DNA of 64,000 nucleotides from Gammaproteobacteria bacterium (GTDB lineage Bacteria > Pseudomonadota > Gammaproteobacteria > JABXHR01). Position numbers and translations under genes: made by a program. Within the stretch, counting starts at the first letter, position 1; each line of letters opens with the position of its first letter. A model generated the notes under the pieces. The model saw nothing but the letters and a program-made list of their open reading frames with translations. It was not told where the DNA came from and searched no databases. Shown piece by piece: positions 9,655 through 23,137 of the stretch. The DNA is taken from the NCBI GenBank assembly GCA_013373515.1, contig JABXHR010000016.1:20000-83999 (forward strand), given 5' to 3'.

Positions 9655-10892
9655 AGTGGCGCTTCCAACGCCAACACATCGTCCAATGATTCACGCCTCC
9701 GCGCGACATGCACCTTGTCGCCGTCGATCAACAGCTCCGCTGGTCTGCACCGCGTGTTGTAATTCGACGCCATGCCAAAGCCATAGGCACCGGATGACTG
9801 CACAGCCAAAATGTCACCTTGTTTAACGGCGAGTGTACGATCTTTGCCCAAGAAATCACTGCTTTCACAGACTGGGCCAACCACATCATAAACATCGCTT
9901 GGTGTATCAGAAGATAACTCAACCGCATCAATTCGCTGCCAAGCCGAATACAACGCCGGCCGAATCAGCTCGGACATGCTCCCATCGACAATGCAAAAAT
10001 TCTTGTGCTCAGAATGCTTCAAATACTGAACTTCAACCAACATCAGCCCAGCGTTGGCAGCAATGTAGCGACCAGGCTCCACCATGACCGACAGCCCTAG
10101 GGGTCCTATTTTCTCAACCACGGCATCGGCATAGCCTTGCAAATCAAAGGTTGGTTCGTCTCGATAGGTGACACCGAAACCGCCGCCTAAATCAATGTGC
10201 TGAAACGATATTCCTTGTTTGGACAATCGCCCAATCACTTCGAGCAGTTTATCTATCGCATCGTTAAATGGGCTGACCTCTGTTAATTGCGAACCGATAT
10301 GGCAATCAATTCCGACAATCTTCAGCGACTCATGCTGCGCCGCTTGCTGATAGACAGATTCGATTTCATCCCAAATGATGCCGAATTTATTGTCCTTGAG
10401 TCCGGTTGAAATATAGGGATGGGTTTTCGCGTCCACATCTGGATTCACGCGCACAGATACCGGCGCAATCAATCCTAATGTCGCGGCGATTGCGGCCAGC
10501 CGCTCAAGCTCTGCAGCAGATTCAACGTTGAAGCAATGGATACCGAGCTTGAGCGCTGCATTGAGTTCGGCGGTGGTCTTACCGACACCGGAAAACACGA
10601 TGCGGTCGGCCCGTCCGCCAGCGCGCAGCACACGCTCGATTTCACCAATTGATACAACGTCGAAGTACGACCCGAGTTTCACCAGAACACTGAGCACCGC
10701 CAAATTGCTATTGGCTTTTACCGCGTAGCAAATTTTATGATCAATTGCCGCCAGTGCTTGATCGATTGCCTGCCATTGCCTCTCCAGATGAGCGCGTGAA
10801 TAGACATACAGGGGTGTGCCATATTTCTTCGCTAGGTCTTGGCAAGACAGGTCTTCGACAAACAGGTGATCGTTACGGTACTCGATACTCAT
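9651..10892 (-). CDS. lysA: Diaminopimelate decarboxylase
   Basis: PLP fold-III decarboxylase sequence with YAVKAN lysine motif and EPGR... motif. 4-nt overlap with dapF. Confidence 0.95.
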   Translation of the reverse strand: MSIEYRNDHLFVEDLSCQDLAKKYGTPLYVYSRAHLERQWQAIDQALAAIDHKICYAVKANSNLAVLSVLVKLGSYFDVVSIGEIERVLRAGGRADRIVFSGVGKTTAELNAALKLGIHCFNVESAAELERLAAIAATLGLIAPVSVRVNPDVDAKTHPYISTGLKDNKFGIIWDEIESVYQQAAQHESLKIVGIDCHIGSQLTEVSPFNDAIDKLLEVIGRLSKQGISFQHIDLGGGFGVTYRDEPTFDLQGYADAVVEKIGPLGLSVMVEPGRYIAANAGLMLVEVQYLKHSEHKNFCIVDGSMSELIRPALYSAWQRIDAVELSSDTPSDVYDVVGPVCESSDFLGKDRTLAVKQGDILAVQSSGAYGFGMASNYNTRCRPAELLIDGDKVHVARRRESLDDVLALEAPL

Positions 10893-10984
10893 TCAGACGC
10901 CTTTGTCGGTTCAATATAAAGGTCGCCCTTAACGCCACAGCCTGTTAGTGCAAACAGTAATGTCAGCAGCACAACTGTTCTCAT
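10889..10984 (-). CDS. lptM: Small lipoprotein LptM/YifL-like (31 aa); not present in the ORF track
   Basis: Manual translation gives [31 protein letters not shown] with lipobox LTGC. ATGA overlaps with both lysA (downstream) and argH (upstream). Conserved position upstream of lysA/dapF. Confidence 0.6.
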   Translation of the reverse strand: MRTVVLLTLLFALTGCGVKGDLYIEPTKASE

Positions 10985-12378
10985 AACGCAGCCGCCCTTT
11001 GCTTCGCTGCCTCTGCCGCTTGCCTGACCTGATTTGGTGCTGTCCCGCCGAAGTGATCACGTGAATTTACGGAGCCTTCCAACGATAGAACATCGTAGAC
11101 GTCTGGCTGAATGGCTGAGTGAATTGATTGCAAAGTCTCAATTGAGAGCTCAGATAGATCAACACCCTCTTTCACCGCGATGGCAACGGCGTTGCCAACC
11201 ACCTCATGTGCCTCGCGAAACGGCAATCCAGTTCGCACCAGATAATCTGCAAGATCGGTCGCCGTTGCATAGCCTTTCATGGCCGCTGCGCGCATTTGAT
11301 CTGCATTTGGCGTGATATGAGGCACCATGTCTGCAAATGCTCTTAGGCTGTTGATTAGCGTTTCTACGCTGTCGAACAATGGCTCTTTGTCTTCTTGGTT
11401 GTCTTTGTTGTAGGCTAGCGGCTGAGACTTCATCAGCATCAACATCGCGTTGAGGTTGCCTAACGCACGTCCAGACTTACCGCGCACCAACTCGGGAACA
11501 TCGGGGTTTTTCTTTTGCGGCATAATCGAGGAGCCCGTGCAGAAACGATCTGGCAAGTTCACAAAACCAAACTGCGCAGAGGTCCAAATGACCAATTCTT
11601 CCGACATGCGTGACAAATGAACCATACATGTCGCTGCAACCGAGCAAAATTCAATTGCAAAGTCGCGATCAGAGACCGCATCCAAAGAGTTAGCACAGGG
11701 TGCATCGAAGCCCAATAATTCAGCAGTACGATGGCGATTGATTGGATAGGGGGATCCCGCCAAGGCAGCAGCACCGAGTGGCGACTGGTTTAACCGACGA
11801 CGACAATCCTGCAAGCGCGTGGCATCTCGATAAAGCATTTCAAACCAAGCCAACACATGGTGACCGAAGGTGACAGGCTGCGCAGTTTGTAAATGTGTGA
11901 ACCCTGGCATAATGACATCAGCGTGTTGCTCTGCCAGTTCAATACAGCCCTGCATTAGGCGTTTGATTTCGGACAACGCCAAATCAATATGATCACGCGT
12001 CCACAATCGAACATCGGTGGCCACTTGATCGTTGCGTGAGCGCGCCGTGTGCAGGCGCTTGCCAGCATCACCGATATCTTGTGTCAGCTGATACTCGAGG
12101 TTCATATGCACATCTTCTAGCGCGACCGACCATTGAATATCGTTTTGTTCAACCTTGGCAGCCAGACGCGCCAGCCCTTCGAGAATCGCGTCTTTGTCAC
12201 TTTCGCTCAATACACCGACTTCTGCCAACATGGTGGCATGGGCAATCGACCCGCGGATATCCTGCTGAGCAAGTCGATGATCGAAGGGGATGGAGGCGGT
12301 AAATTGTTGAACAAACTCATCTGTGGAATCGGCAAATCTGCCGCCCCACATTGAAGTGCCGCTTGGTGTATCAGCCAT
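10981..12378 (-). CDS. argH: Argininosuccinate lyase
   Basis: MADTPSG..MWGGRF... with fumarate-lyase signature [12 protein letters not shown]. Preferred start has GGAAG 6 nt upstream; the ORF track's upstream extension to 12432 is unlikely. Confidence 0.95.
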   Translation of the reverse strand: MADTPSGTSMWGGRFADSTDEFVQQFTASIPFDHRLAQQDIRGSIAHATMLAEVGVLSESDKDAILEGLARLAAKVEQNDIQWSVALEDVHMNLEYQLTQDIGDAGKRLHTARSRNDQVATDVRLWTRDHIDLALSEIKRLMQGCIELAEQHADVIMPGFTHLQTAQPVTFGHHVLAWFEMLYRDATRLQDCRRRLNQSPLGAAALAGSPYPINRHRTAELLGFDAPCANSLDAVSDRDFAIEFCSVAATCMVHLSRMSEELVIWTSAQFGFVNLPDRFCTGSSIMPQKKNPDVPELVRGKSGRALGNLNAMLMLMKSQPLAYNKDNQEDKEPLFDSVETLINSLRAFADMVPHITPNADQMRAAAMKGYATATDLADYLVRTGLPFREAHEVVGNAVAIAVKEGVDLSELSIETLQSIHSAIQPDVYDVLSLEGSVNSRDHFGGTAPNQVRQAAEAAKQRAAAL

Positions 12379-12434
12379 TTTTGCTTCCGAATATGCGAAA
12401 ATACAATGATACCAAGTGACCGGGACTATCACTA

Positions 12435-13358
12435 ATGCGGAATGTGGTTATTGCCACCAGAGAAAGCGCCCTTGCCCTATGGCAAGCCAAGCACGTGCAA
12501 GCAAGGCTACAAGCCATTCGCCCAGAGTGGACGGTAAGCTTGCTTGGTATGACAACCAAGGGCGATATCCTCCTCGACAGCCCACTATCTAAAATTGGTG
12601 GCAAGGGTTTGTTCGTCAAGGAGCTCGAAGTCGCGATGATGGAAAAGAAGGCTGACCTTGCGGTGCATTCCATGAAAGATGTTCCGATGAAGTTGCCAGA
12701 GGGCTTTGCACTGTCTGCAATTCTCGAGCGTGAGCGTCCGACAGATGCCTTCGTCAGCAACCACTTCAAACACATCGACGACCTGCCTGAAAATGCGGTT
12801 GTTGGGACGTCGTCGCTACGCAGACAAGCGCAGTTGTTGAGCCGACGCCCAGATCTCAAGATCCGCTCATTGCGCGGCAATGTACAAACTCGTTTGCGTA
12901 AACTTGATGATGGTGAATTTGATGGCATTGTCTTAGCCACTGCAGGATTGATGCGGCTCGAGCTGCATGATCGAATTCGACACGAGATCGACGAGCATTG
13001 GTTGTTGCCCGCCTGCGGACAAGGTGCCGTTGGCATCGAGAGCCGCGAAGACGATCATGAATTAAACACCGCCCTACAGGAGCTAGCTCATCTGGAGACC
13101 ACTGTTTGCGTGCTTGCGGAGCGAGCGATGAATAGCTACCTAAACGGCGGCTGCCAGGTACCGATTGCAGGGTATTGCGTGATCAAAGACGGTACTTTGC
13201 ATATGGAAGGTCGTGTTGCATCCGAGGACGGCACAGAAGTGATCGCACATCAAGCCGTGGGCTCCATCGATGAGTCAACCCAGCTTGGTGAAAGCATTGC
13301 CCAAACGATGTTGGCCCAAGGTGCGGGTAAGTTGTTGGAAGCGCTAAATCAAGAATGA
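12435..13358 (+). CDS. hemC: Porphobilinogen deaminase (hydroxymethylbilane synthase)
   Basis: HemC sequence ([10 protein letters not shown]..., GGCQVPIAG) with the dipyrromethane cofactor Cys. Confidence 0.95.
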   Translation: MRNVVIATRESALALWQAKHVQARLQAIRPEWTVSLLGMTTKGDILLDSPLSKIGGKGLFVKELEVAMMEKKADLAVHSMKDVPMKLPEGFALSAILERERPTDAFVSNHFKHIDDLPENAVVGTSSLRRQAQLLSRRPDLKIRSLRGNVQTRLRKLDDGEFDGIVLATAGLMRLELHDRIRHEIDEHWLLPACGQGAVGIESREDDHELNTALQELAHLETTVCVLAERAMNSYLNGGCQVPIAGYCVIKDGTLHMEGRVASEDGTEVIAHQAVGSIDESTQLGESIAQTMLAQGAGKLLEALNQE

Positions 13359-14086
13359 GTGTCAAACAAAAAGTGTTGGTGTCGAGACCAAGATCCCAAT
13401 GCCATCAACTTGCTGAAGGGGTATTCGCGCTAGGCGCGGAGCCTCTTGTAATGCCTAGCATAGACATCATTAAATTGACGATACCGCCAGAGAACATGAC
13501 CGGTGCAACGGCCATTGTCACCAGCGCAAATGCAGCCCATTCAGCAATGGAGAACGGCTTCATCTTTGATGACGTAAAATTGTTAGCGGTTGGAGCTGCC
13601 ACGACTCGCAGCTTCACGCAAAAGGGGTACACTGTGCGGTGGACGGCAGAGCCTGCCAACTCCGAAGGCGTGGTCGAGATATTGCGATCGGCAGAAGATT
13701 GCCAAGATACACCGTTTTTTCTACTGACAGGGGTCGGTGGACGCAATCTCATACAAGACTATCTGGTTCAGTCTGACCTCCAGTTTAGGCGTTTAGACTT
13801 ATATCGCAGACAAGATTATCCGTTTGATCGCGGGGAACTGGATCGATTGTCGTCTTTCAATGGTCTTGTTACGGTGGGCAGCAATGAAAGCCTTTCGAGT
13901 TTTCACCGTCAACTAGGTACTAGATTTTCTGGCTTTGCTGAAAATCCACTGGTGGTGAATAGCGAACGTGGGAGACAACATGCGTTGTCATTGGGTTGGC
14001 AAGGAGACATTTATGTCCCAATGACACCTGGTGATACAGGACAGCTAGCTTGTATTGGCCAGTGGTTAACAAAATTTGAAGTTTGA
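13355..14086 (+). CDS. hemD: Uroporphyrinogen-III synthase
   Basis: 4-nt overlap with hemC; HemD-like, 243 aa. Consistent with hemCDXY order. Confidence 0.8.
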   Translation: MSVKQKVLVSRPRSQCHQLAEGVFALGAEPLVMPSIDIIKLTIPPENMTGATAIVTSANAAHSAMENGFIFDDVKLLAVGAATTRSFTQKGYTVRWTAEPANSEGVVEILRSAEDCQDTPFFLLTGVGGRNLIQDYLVQSDLQFRRLDLYRRQDYPFDRGELDRLSSFNGLVTVGSNESLSSFHRQLGTRFSGFAENPLVVNSERGRQHALSLGWQGDIYVPMTPGDTGQLACIGQWLTKFEV

Positions 14087-14095
14087 GGATTACAC

Positions 14096-15325
14096 GTGTC
14101 AGAAAAAGATGAAGTAAAGGCAACACCAGCCACTGAAGACACCACCGTGTCCAAGTCAGTTGGGGGGGGCTTTATCGCAGTACTCGCGCTGTTATTAGCA
14201 CTTGCTGCAGTCGGAAGCGGGGGCTGGTTTTTCAATCAGCAAAAGAAGGCCGGTGAAGAGAGCACGCAAAAATTCAGCACCTTACAACAGTCTATCGGAA
14301 GCGCTGATAGCAAAGTTTCAGAGGTAGAAGCCTCCGTATCAGCCATTGAAGCTGCGCTAAATGCGCGCATTGATGAACTCGCTTCAACGCTGAATACCCA
14401 AACCCAAGCGGTTGCCGCCGAAGCACAATCAAATTTAGATGCAGCGATTGCGGCATCTACAGAAGCGCTCAAGAGTGAGGTGGCCACAGTCAATACCACC
14501 TTGCAGCAAGCCTTGGATGTCACCAATAAGAATCTTGCAATCACCCAAGATCTCGCAGCGGGCAACAACATTGACATGTTGTTAAATGAAGCCGCATTTT
14601 TGATGCGTATGGGCGCTCATCAGGCCAGTATTGCCAGCAATGCGAGCGCTGCGATTGAAGCCTATGAAGCCGCTGATCAAGCCATTGGTCGCACGGGGCT
14701 GACCGATGTGACTGATATTCGAAAGCAAATTCGTATTGAAATTGGATTGCTTCGTCGTTATGAGCAGCCAGATATCGAAGGGTTGCTTATGAGGCTAGAC
14801 GAACTAGCCATGGCCAGCAACAACTTAGCTCTACCCATCGATGCCAGCACCGTAAAACCCGTTGCTGAAGTGGTTGAAACGACGCACGAACCAGTGGCGC
14901 AAACGGCAACAACCTCCACGCCATTTGAATGGTCGTTAGATTCAATTGGGCAAATCATTGAAAGCCAGGCTGCTGAACTTGGTAACGCACTGGTCGAGAA
15001 TGTACGTCAGTCAGTCGTTCAACCAGAGCCAGAACCAAGTCAAGTCGCGATTCGTCAATACGGCAGCAATGCAGAAGCCAGAGACGCCATTCGACGCGCA
15101 ACTGGAGCGGTTATTCGAGGCGATCAAAGCAACTTTGTCGCCGCACTGGAACGTGCAGCAGAGGTTATTCGCACGAACTTCGACACAGCTGACACTGGCG
15201 TCAACTACGTGCTTGAAGAACTTGAAGCGGTCAAGCAATTACCAGTACGCCTCGACACCACCGGTTTAGGTGAAGCAGAGGCCATGTTAAGAGAATTCAC
15301 TATTCAATTGGGGGCGTCATCATGA
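14096..15325 (+). CDS. hemX: HemX family protein (membrane-anchored, coiled-coil, Ala/Gln-rich)
   Basis: Position after hemD. N-terminal TM segment followed by a long Ala/Glu/Gln-rich region. Confidence 0.75.
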   Translation: MSEKDEVKATPATEDTTVSKSVGGGFIAVLALLLALAAVGSGGWFFNQQKKAGEESTQKFSTLQQSIGSADSKVSEVEASVSAIEAALNARIDELASTLNTQTQAVAAEAQSNLDAAIAASTEALKSEVATVNTTLQQALDVTNKNLAITQDLAAGNNIDMLLNEAAFLMRMGAHQASIASNASAAIEAYEAADQAIGRTGLTDVTDIRKQIRIEIGLLRRYEQPDIEGLLMRLDELAMASNNLALPIDASTVKPVAEVVETTHEPVAQTATTSTPFEWSLDSIGQIIESQAAELGNALVENVRQSVVQPEPEPSQVAIRQYGSNAEARDAIRRATGAVIRGDQSNFVAALERAAEVIRTNFDTADTGVNYVLEELEAVKQLPVRLDTTGLGEAEAMLREFTIQLGASS

Positions 15326-16341
15326 GGACGTTATTCTGGGTTGTGCTGTCCATATCAGTAGCACTTTGGCTTGGTGTGCTTTTGCACCAAGATGGGTCCA
15401 CATTGACCATCGTTTGGCGCGAGCAACCTCTGGTCAATATGACGCTACTAAAAGCCTCTATATTTGGTTTGGTGGGCTTTGTTCTGCTCTATATCGTATT
15501 TAGATTATTTGGTTGGATTGGACGAATTCCGAAACACTTAAGAGAGCGTGGCAATCGCAAGGCCTGGGTTAAGGGTGCTAAGGGTTTAAAGGGTGCTTTG
15601 ATCCAACTCATCGAGGGCAACTACGCTAAGGCTGAGAAACTCACTTCAGCAGAATTTCCGGATGAAGAATCATTAGTCCACCATTGGCTCGGTGCGCAAG
15701 CGGCACACAAATTAGGTCGTTCAGCGCTCCGCGATAGTCATATCGAAGCGGCAATTACTGCGAATCCCGATGCTGATCGTGCAATGCGCATTGTTCAAAC
15801 CGAAATGATGTTGGAGTCTGGTGAATTTGTTCAAGCGCTCACAAATTGCGAAAAACCAGCCCTTCAAGGTGCGACTCAATATGCAGATTTACGCTATCGC
15901 GCAGCGGCAGGCGCAGGCGATCACAGAACAGCTTTGTCAGCACTCAAACAGCGTTTTGAACGCAAAGCGATTTCATCTGAGTCACTCGTTGAACTAGCCT
16001 CAGCGCATATGGAGTTAGCGTTAGATCATTGTGAGAATGCCGCTGATTTGGAGAGTTATATTGGCTTTATGCCAAGGGCGCTCAAAAACTCAGATCTGAC
16101 CATGTGGTTTAAAGCCAAACGTTTACTGGCATTGTCAGATGAGACTGCAGGGTTAAAAATCATGGCAAAATTGATGCACGCTGGCATGCCAGACAAGGTG
16201 TTTGAAGATGCGGTTTCACTTGGTCAAACTAATAGCCAAGTCCAAGCACTTTTAGAGGATGCAGCTAAGCGTTTTGGTTCCGATCCTCGGTTTCAGTCCT
16301 TAGCCGCTAGCGAGCCACCAAAAGCACTTGCTGCTGAGTAA
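15322..16341 (+). CDS. hemY: HemY family protein (TPR-like, two N-terminal TM helices)
   Basis: 4-nt overlap with hemX. Two TM helices followed by a TPR-like region. Confidence 0.75.
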   Translation: MRTLFWVVLSISVALWLGVLLHQDGSTLTIVWREQPLVNMTLLKASIFGLVGFVLLYIVFRLFGWIGRIPKHLRERGNRKAWVKGAKGLKGALIQLIEGNYAKAEKLTSAEFPDEESLVHHWLGAQAAHKLGRSALRDSHIEAAITANPDADRAMRIVQTEMMLESGEFVQALTNCEKPALQGATQYADLRYRAAAGAGDHRTALSALKQRFERKAISSESLVELASAHMELALDHCENAADLESYIGFMPRALKNSDLTMWFKAKRLLALSDETAGLKIMAKLMHAGMPDKVFEDAVSLGQTNSQVQALLEDAAKRFGSDPRFQSLAASEPPKALAAE

Positions 16342-16350
16342 GTTAACAAT

Positions 16351-16380
16351 AAAAAAGCCTCCAATTTGGAGGCTTTTTTA
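16351..16380. terminator. Bidirectional rho-independent terminator between hemY and the M3 peptidase gene
   Basis: AAAAAAGCCTCC-AATTT-GGAGGCTTTTTT: perfect 6-bp stem flanked by an A-run and a T-run. Confidence 0.7.
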
Positions 16381-16409
16381 TTTGTGGTGCTGAGTTTACA
16401 AAATCGCAA

Positions 16410-18401
16410 TCAAGCAACACCGCGATGTCTGAGTAATGCCTCATCGTTCGGTGCACGCCCTCTAAACTCGATATAGCTTTCCATTGCAGGCCGAGTCGAG
16501 CCCACTTCAAGAATATTTTCTCTGAAGGCAGCGCCAGCTGTCTGACTGAAGATGCCTTCTTCCTCGAACATTGAAAACGCATCTGAGGACAATACCTCAG
16601 CCCACAGGTATGAATAATATCCAGCCGCATATCCCCCAGCAAACAAGTGCGAGAAGCTGCACAGCATCCTTGAATCGTCTAGGCTGGGCGCGACTGCAAT
16701 TTGCTGATTGACTCGCTTAGCGACCGCATAGGGGTCATTGGATGCTGTTTCCTCTGCATGAAGAACCATATCGGTCATTGCAAACTCGAGCTGTCTTAAT
16801 AACATCAATCCACTGTGGTGGTTTTTGGCAGCAAGTGCTTTTTGCAAAAGTTCGTCTGGAAGAGACTCTCCAGTTTGATGATGCTTAGCGAATTTAGCCA
16901 GAGATTCAGCTTGCCAGCACCAGTGTTCCAAAAATTGACTCGGAAGTTCGACGGCATCCCATTCAACCCCCGCGATTCCCGACATGCCTGGGATATCCAC
17001 GAGACTCATCAAATGATGGATCGTATGACCGAACTCGTGAAACAGTGTCACTACATCGTCATGTGAAATCAGGATGGGCTCGCCGTCTGCCGAAGGTGTT
17101 GCATTGCAGGTTAAATAGGCAACTGGCGCCTGTAATCCAGTGTTTGTTCGCATACGTTGCACCGCATCAGCCATCCATGCACCCGGACGCTTATTACCAC
17201 GTGAAAATGGATCTGCAATGACATAGCCTCGAATCTCGTCATTTCGCGTCACTGCATAAGCGGTGACATCAGGATGATATTTGTCTTCCATCTCGATTGG
17301 TTTGACCTCAAAGCCTATGACTTCACCGACAACCGAAAACATGCCCTTGATGACGGTGTGAAATTCGAAATATGGTTTCAGATCTTCGTCACTAAATTCG
17401 TAGCGCTCTTCTTTGATACGCTCTGAGTAGTAGCTGATGTCCCACGGCTGTAAGGCGTCAATACCGTCTTGCTTTGCACGTTCTTCGATTTCTTTGAGCT
17501 CAGATTGGGCCTGTGGCTGAACCTTTTTCGCCATATTATTAAGAAAATCAATAACTTCACTCGTGGACGGCGCCATTTTTTTATCGATGCTGTATTGTGC
17601 GTAGTTTTCAAAGCCCAGCAGAGCCGCAAGCTGATGCCTTAAGGCGAGCGTTTGTTGAATCAAAGCAGTGTTGTCTTTGCTTGGATCGGCGTCGAATTTT
17701 TCTGATGCACGGGTGTTCCAGGCTTTCAGTAATCTTTCTCGTAACTTACGCGACTTCGCATATTGCATTACCGAGACGTAAACAGGCGCTTCCAACTTAA
17801 ACAAATACCCTGATTTGTCCTCTGCTTTTGCCCACTGCTCTAGCATTCTCACGATTGAGGGCGGTATCCCTTCAATTTCAGCGGTGTCTTCTGTGTGATA
17901 GCTCCAAGCTTGCGTGGATGTCACTATGTTGCTGGAGAACTGCGTTGAGATTTCACTCAGCTTTAATAGGATCTCTTTGACTTGTTTGCGTTCAGCATCT
18001 GGAAGATGCACACCGCTTCTTTCAAATCCATCTATTGATTTCTGCAAATAGCGCTTTTTGGTGACATCCGTTTCGGCGCTGTGTAGGTGTTTGATACGTT
18101 CATACAAGGCTTTGTTCTGTGCCAAATTGGTATAGAACTCAGTTACCCTTGCCTCAGCTTCGACATATGCATGATGGAATACTTCGTCGTAACAGACTGC
18201 ATCGAGATGAGATATTGCCGACCAATCAATTTCAAAATTTGACTCTGCTTCATCCCATTGAGTGATCGCCACCGACCAATTAATTTCGTCTATCGGTGTA
18301 TTGGTGATCTTGTCTAAGTGCTCGCTGCTCGTCGTTAGATGCTCTTCGATCAAAGCCATCAAACGATCAGATTTCAGGTGTTCAAATTTCGGCAATGACA
18401 T
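16410..18401 (-). CDS. M3 family zinc metallopeptidase (oligopeptidase A / Dcp-like)
   Basis: HEFGHTIHH zinc motif; 663 aa; no signal peptide. Confidence 0.85.
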   Translation of the reverse strand: MSLPKFEHLKSDRLMALIEEHLTTSSEHLDKITNTPIDEINWSVAITQWDEAESNFEIDWSAISHLDAVCYDEVFHHAYVEAEARVTEFYTNLAQNKALYERIKHLHSAETDVTKKRYLQKSIDGFERSGVHLPDAERKQVKEILLKLSEISTQFSSNIVTSTQAWSYHTEDTAEIEGIPPSIVRMLEQWAKAEDKSGYLFKLEAPVYVSVMQYAKSRKLRERLLKAWNTRASEKFDADPSKDNTALIQQTLALRHQLAALLGFENYAQYSIDKKMAPSTSEVIDFLNNMAKKVQPQAQSELKEIEERAKQDGIDALQPWDISYYSERIKEERYEFSDEDLKPYFEFHTVIKGMFSVVGEVIGFEVKPIEMEDKYHPDVTAYAVTRNDEIRGYVIADPFSRGNKRPGAWMADAVQRMRTNTGLQAPVAYLTCNATPSADGEPILISHDDVVTLFHEFGHTIHHLMSLVDIPGMSGIAGVEWDAVELPSQFLEHWCWQAESLAKFAKHHQTGESLPDELLQKALAAKNHHSGLMLLRQLEFAMTDMVLHAEETASNDPYAVAKRVNQQIAVAPSLDDSRMLCSFSHLFAGGYAAGYYSYLWAEVLSSDAFSMFEEEGIFSQTAGAAFRENILEVGSTRPAMESYIEFRGRAPNDEALLRHRGVA

Positions 18402-18407
18402 CTTGTG

Positions 18408-21799
<3,392 letters not shown>

Positions 21800-21810
21800 A
21801 TTGGTAAAAT

Positions 21811-22911
21811 CTAAAGACGAATAGGCATCACGACGAATTTAACATCATCGACACCTGGTGGAAGCACAAGTACACTCGCATTAGAATCGCCAAGCTTGAA
21901 CTCAACGGTCTCAGATTGAATAACCTTCAAAACATCGATGATGTAACGGATATTAAATCCGATTTCGAGCGCTTCACCGGAGTAATTGAGTTCCACCGCA
22001 TCCTCAGCCTGCTCTTGTTCTGGGTTATTGGCTTGAACACTCAGCTGATCACCTGCAAATTGTAACCTTACACCGTTAAATTTTTCATTCGATAAAATCT
22101 GTACACGATTCAATGCCGCTAATAGCGCATTACGATCTACTGTTCCAATTCGATCATTGTCCAGCGGCATGACCCGTCGGTAGTCGGGAAATTTTCCATC
22201 AATCAGCTTTGAGGTAAAACAAAGCGATCCAGATCTCATTTGAATGTGTTGATCAGACAATGAGATTTGCGCTGATGTCGCCGGATCGTCCATCAATCGA
22301 ATCAGTTCGCGAACACCTTTATTCGGAATGATGACTTGCTTGGCTTCTGCAACCATTGCAGGCAGCTGATGCTTTGCATAGCTCAATCGATGACCATCTG
22401 TCGATACCGCGGCAAGCACGTCGCCTTCAATCTCCAGCAGCAAGCCGTTGAGGTAATAGCGAACATCTTGCTGTGCCATTGAAAAATCGACACGACTAAA
22501 TAACCGCTTCAAATCTTCCTGAACGATATCAAATCGCGTTGAAGCTCCGACAGAATCAGTCTTAGGAAAATCAGCTGCGGACAACATCGACAAAGTAAAC
22601 TTTGCACGACCGGCTTGTACGGTGGCTTTGGTTTCTGCCAGTGAAATATTGACAGTAGAATCATCCGGTAAGGAACGTAGGATGTCAAATAGCTTTCGAG
22701 CAGGCAATGTCCATTCAAAATCAAAATCAGCATCAACCTGTACACTATCTTTCAACTCAATTTCTGTGTCTGTTGTGGTCAGCTCAAGGAGTCCTTGATT
22801 GAGCTGAAAGAGCACTGTCCCTAACACCGGTAATGTATTTCTTCGTTCAACTGCTCCAATGACACGGTTTAATGGTCTGAGCAAATCGTTCTTAGCGATG
22901 CTGAGCTTCAT
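21811..22911 (-). CDS. dnaN: DNA polymerase III beta sliding clamp
   Basis: MKLSIAKNDLLRPLNRVIGAVERRNTLPVLGTVLF...; 366 aa. Confidence 0.97.
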   Translation of the reverse strand: MKLSIAKNDLLRPLNRVIGAVERRNTLPVLGTVLFQLNQGLLELTTTDTEIELKDSVQVDADFDFEWTLPARKLFDILRSLPDDSTVNISLAETKATVQAGRAKFTLSMLSAADFPKTDSVGASTRFDIVQEDLKRLFSRVDFSMAQQDVRYYLNGLLLEIEGDVLAAVSTDGHRLSYAKHQLPAMVAEAKQVIIPNKGVRELIRLMDDPATSAQISLSDQHIQMRSGSLCFTSKLIDGKFPDYRRVMPLDNDRIGTVDRNALLAALNRVQILSNEKFNGVRLQFAGDQLSVQANNPEQEQAEDAVELNYSGEALEIGFNIRYIIDVLKVIQSETVEFKLGDSNASVLVLPPGVDDVKFVVMPIRL

Positions 22912-23137
22912 ATATCTACCTTATATATATAAATATTGATGTTGCTAGTTCTAGCCAACTTTTGGTGGATAAGTTAATTTTTAACTTAAAAAACAATAAA
23001 TTATGTAAATAACAACTTTGTACATAACCAGCCAGCAAACCTCTGAGTAAAACCTGTATAACTACGATATTTTTCTATGACACGTTGTTGTCCACGGGTT
23101 TGTACAAAGGTTATCCCACGTGTTATCCACATTGAAA
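22912..23137. promoter_or_regulatory. dnaA-dnaN intergenic region with clustered DnaA boxes and an AT-rich tract; candidate oriC and/or dnaN regulatory region
   Basis: One perfect TTATCCACA at 23123-23131. Imperfect boxes at 23111-23119 (TTATCCCAC) and 23088-23096 (TTGTCCACG). Inverted box GGTGGATAA at 22964-22972. AT-rich 22911-23035 (TATATCTACCTTATATATATAAATATTGAT...). Confidence 0.5.

Noticed and set aside
12379-12432. N-terminal extension of argH ([18 protein letters not shown]...) in the ORF track
   Set aside because: The conserved ArgH N-terminus begins at MADTPSG with a GGAAG Shine-Dalgarno 6 nt upstream, and the extension would run into the hemC promoter region.
12371-13036. 221-aa minus-strand ORF fully inside hemC
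   Set aside because: It is antisense to a strongly conserved gene and has Ser/Arg/Cys-rich low-complexity composition typical of spurious antisense frames. The same applies to other listed antisense ORFs such as 34847-35236 (in the DUF1446 gene), 45920-46276 and 46779-47300 (in yjeH), 51626-52048 (in rapA) and 59891-60448 (in SulP).
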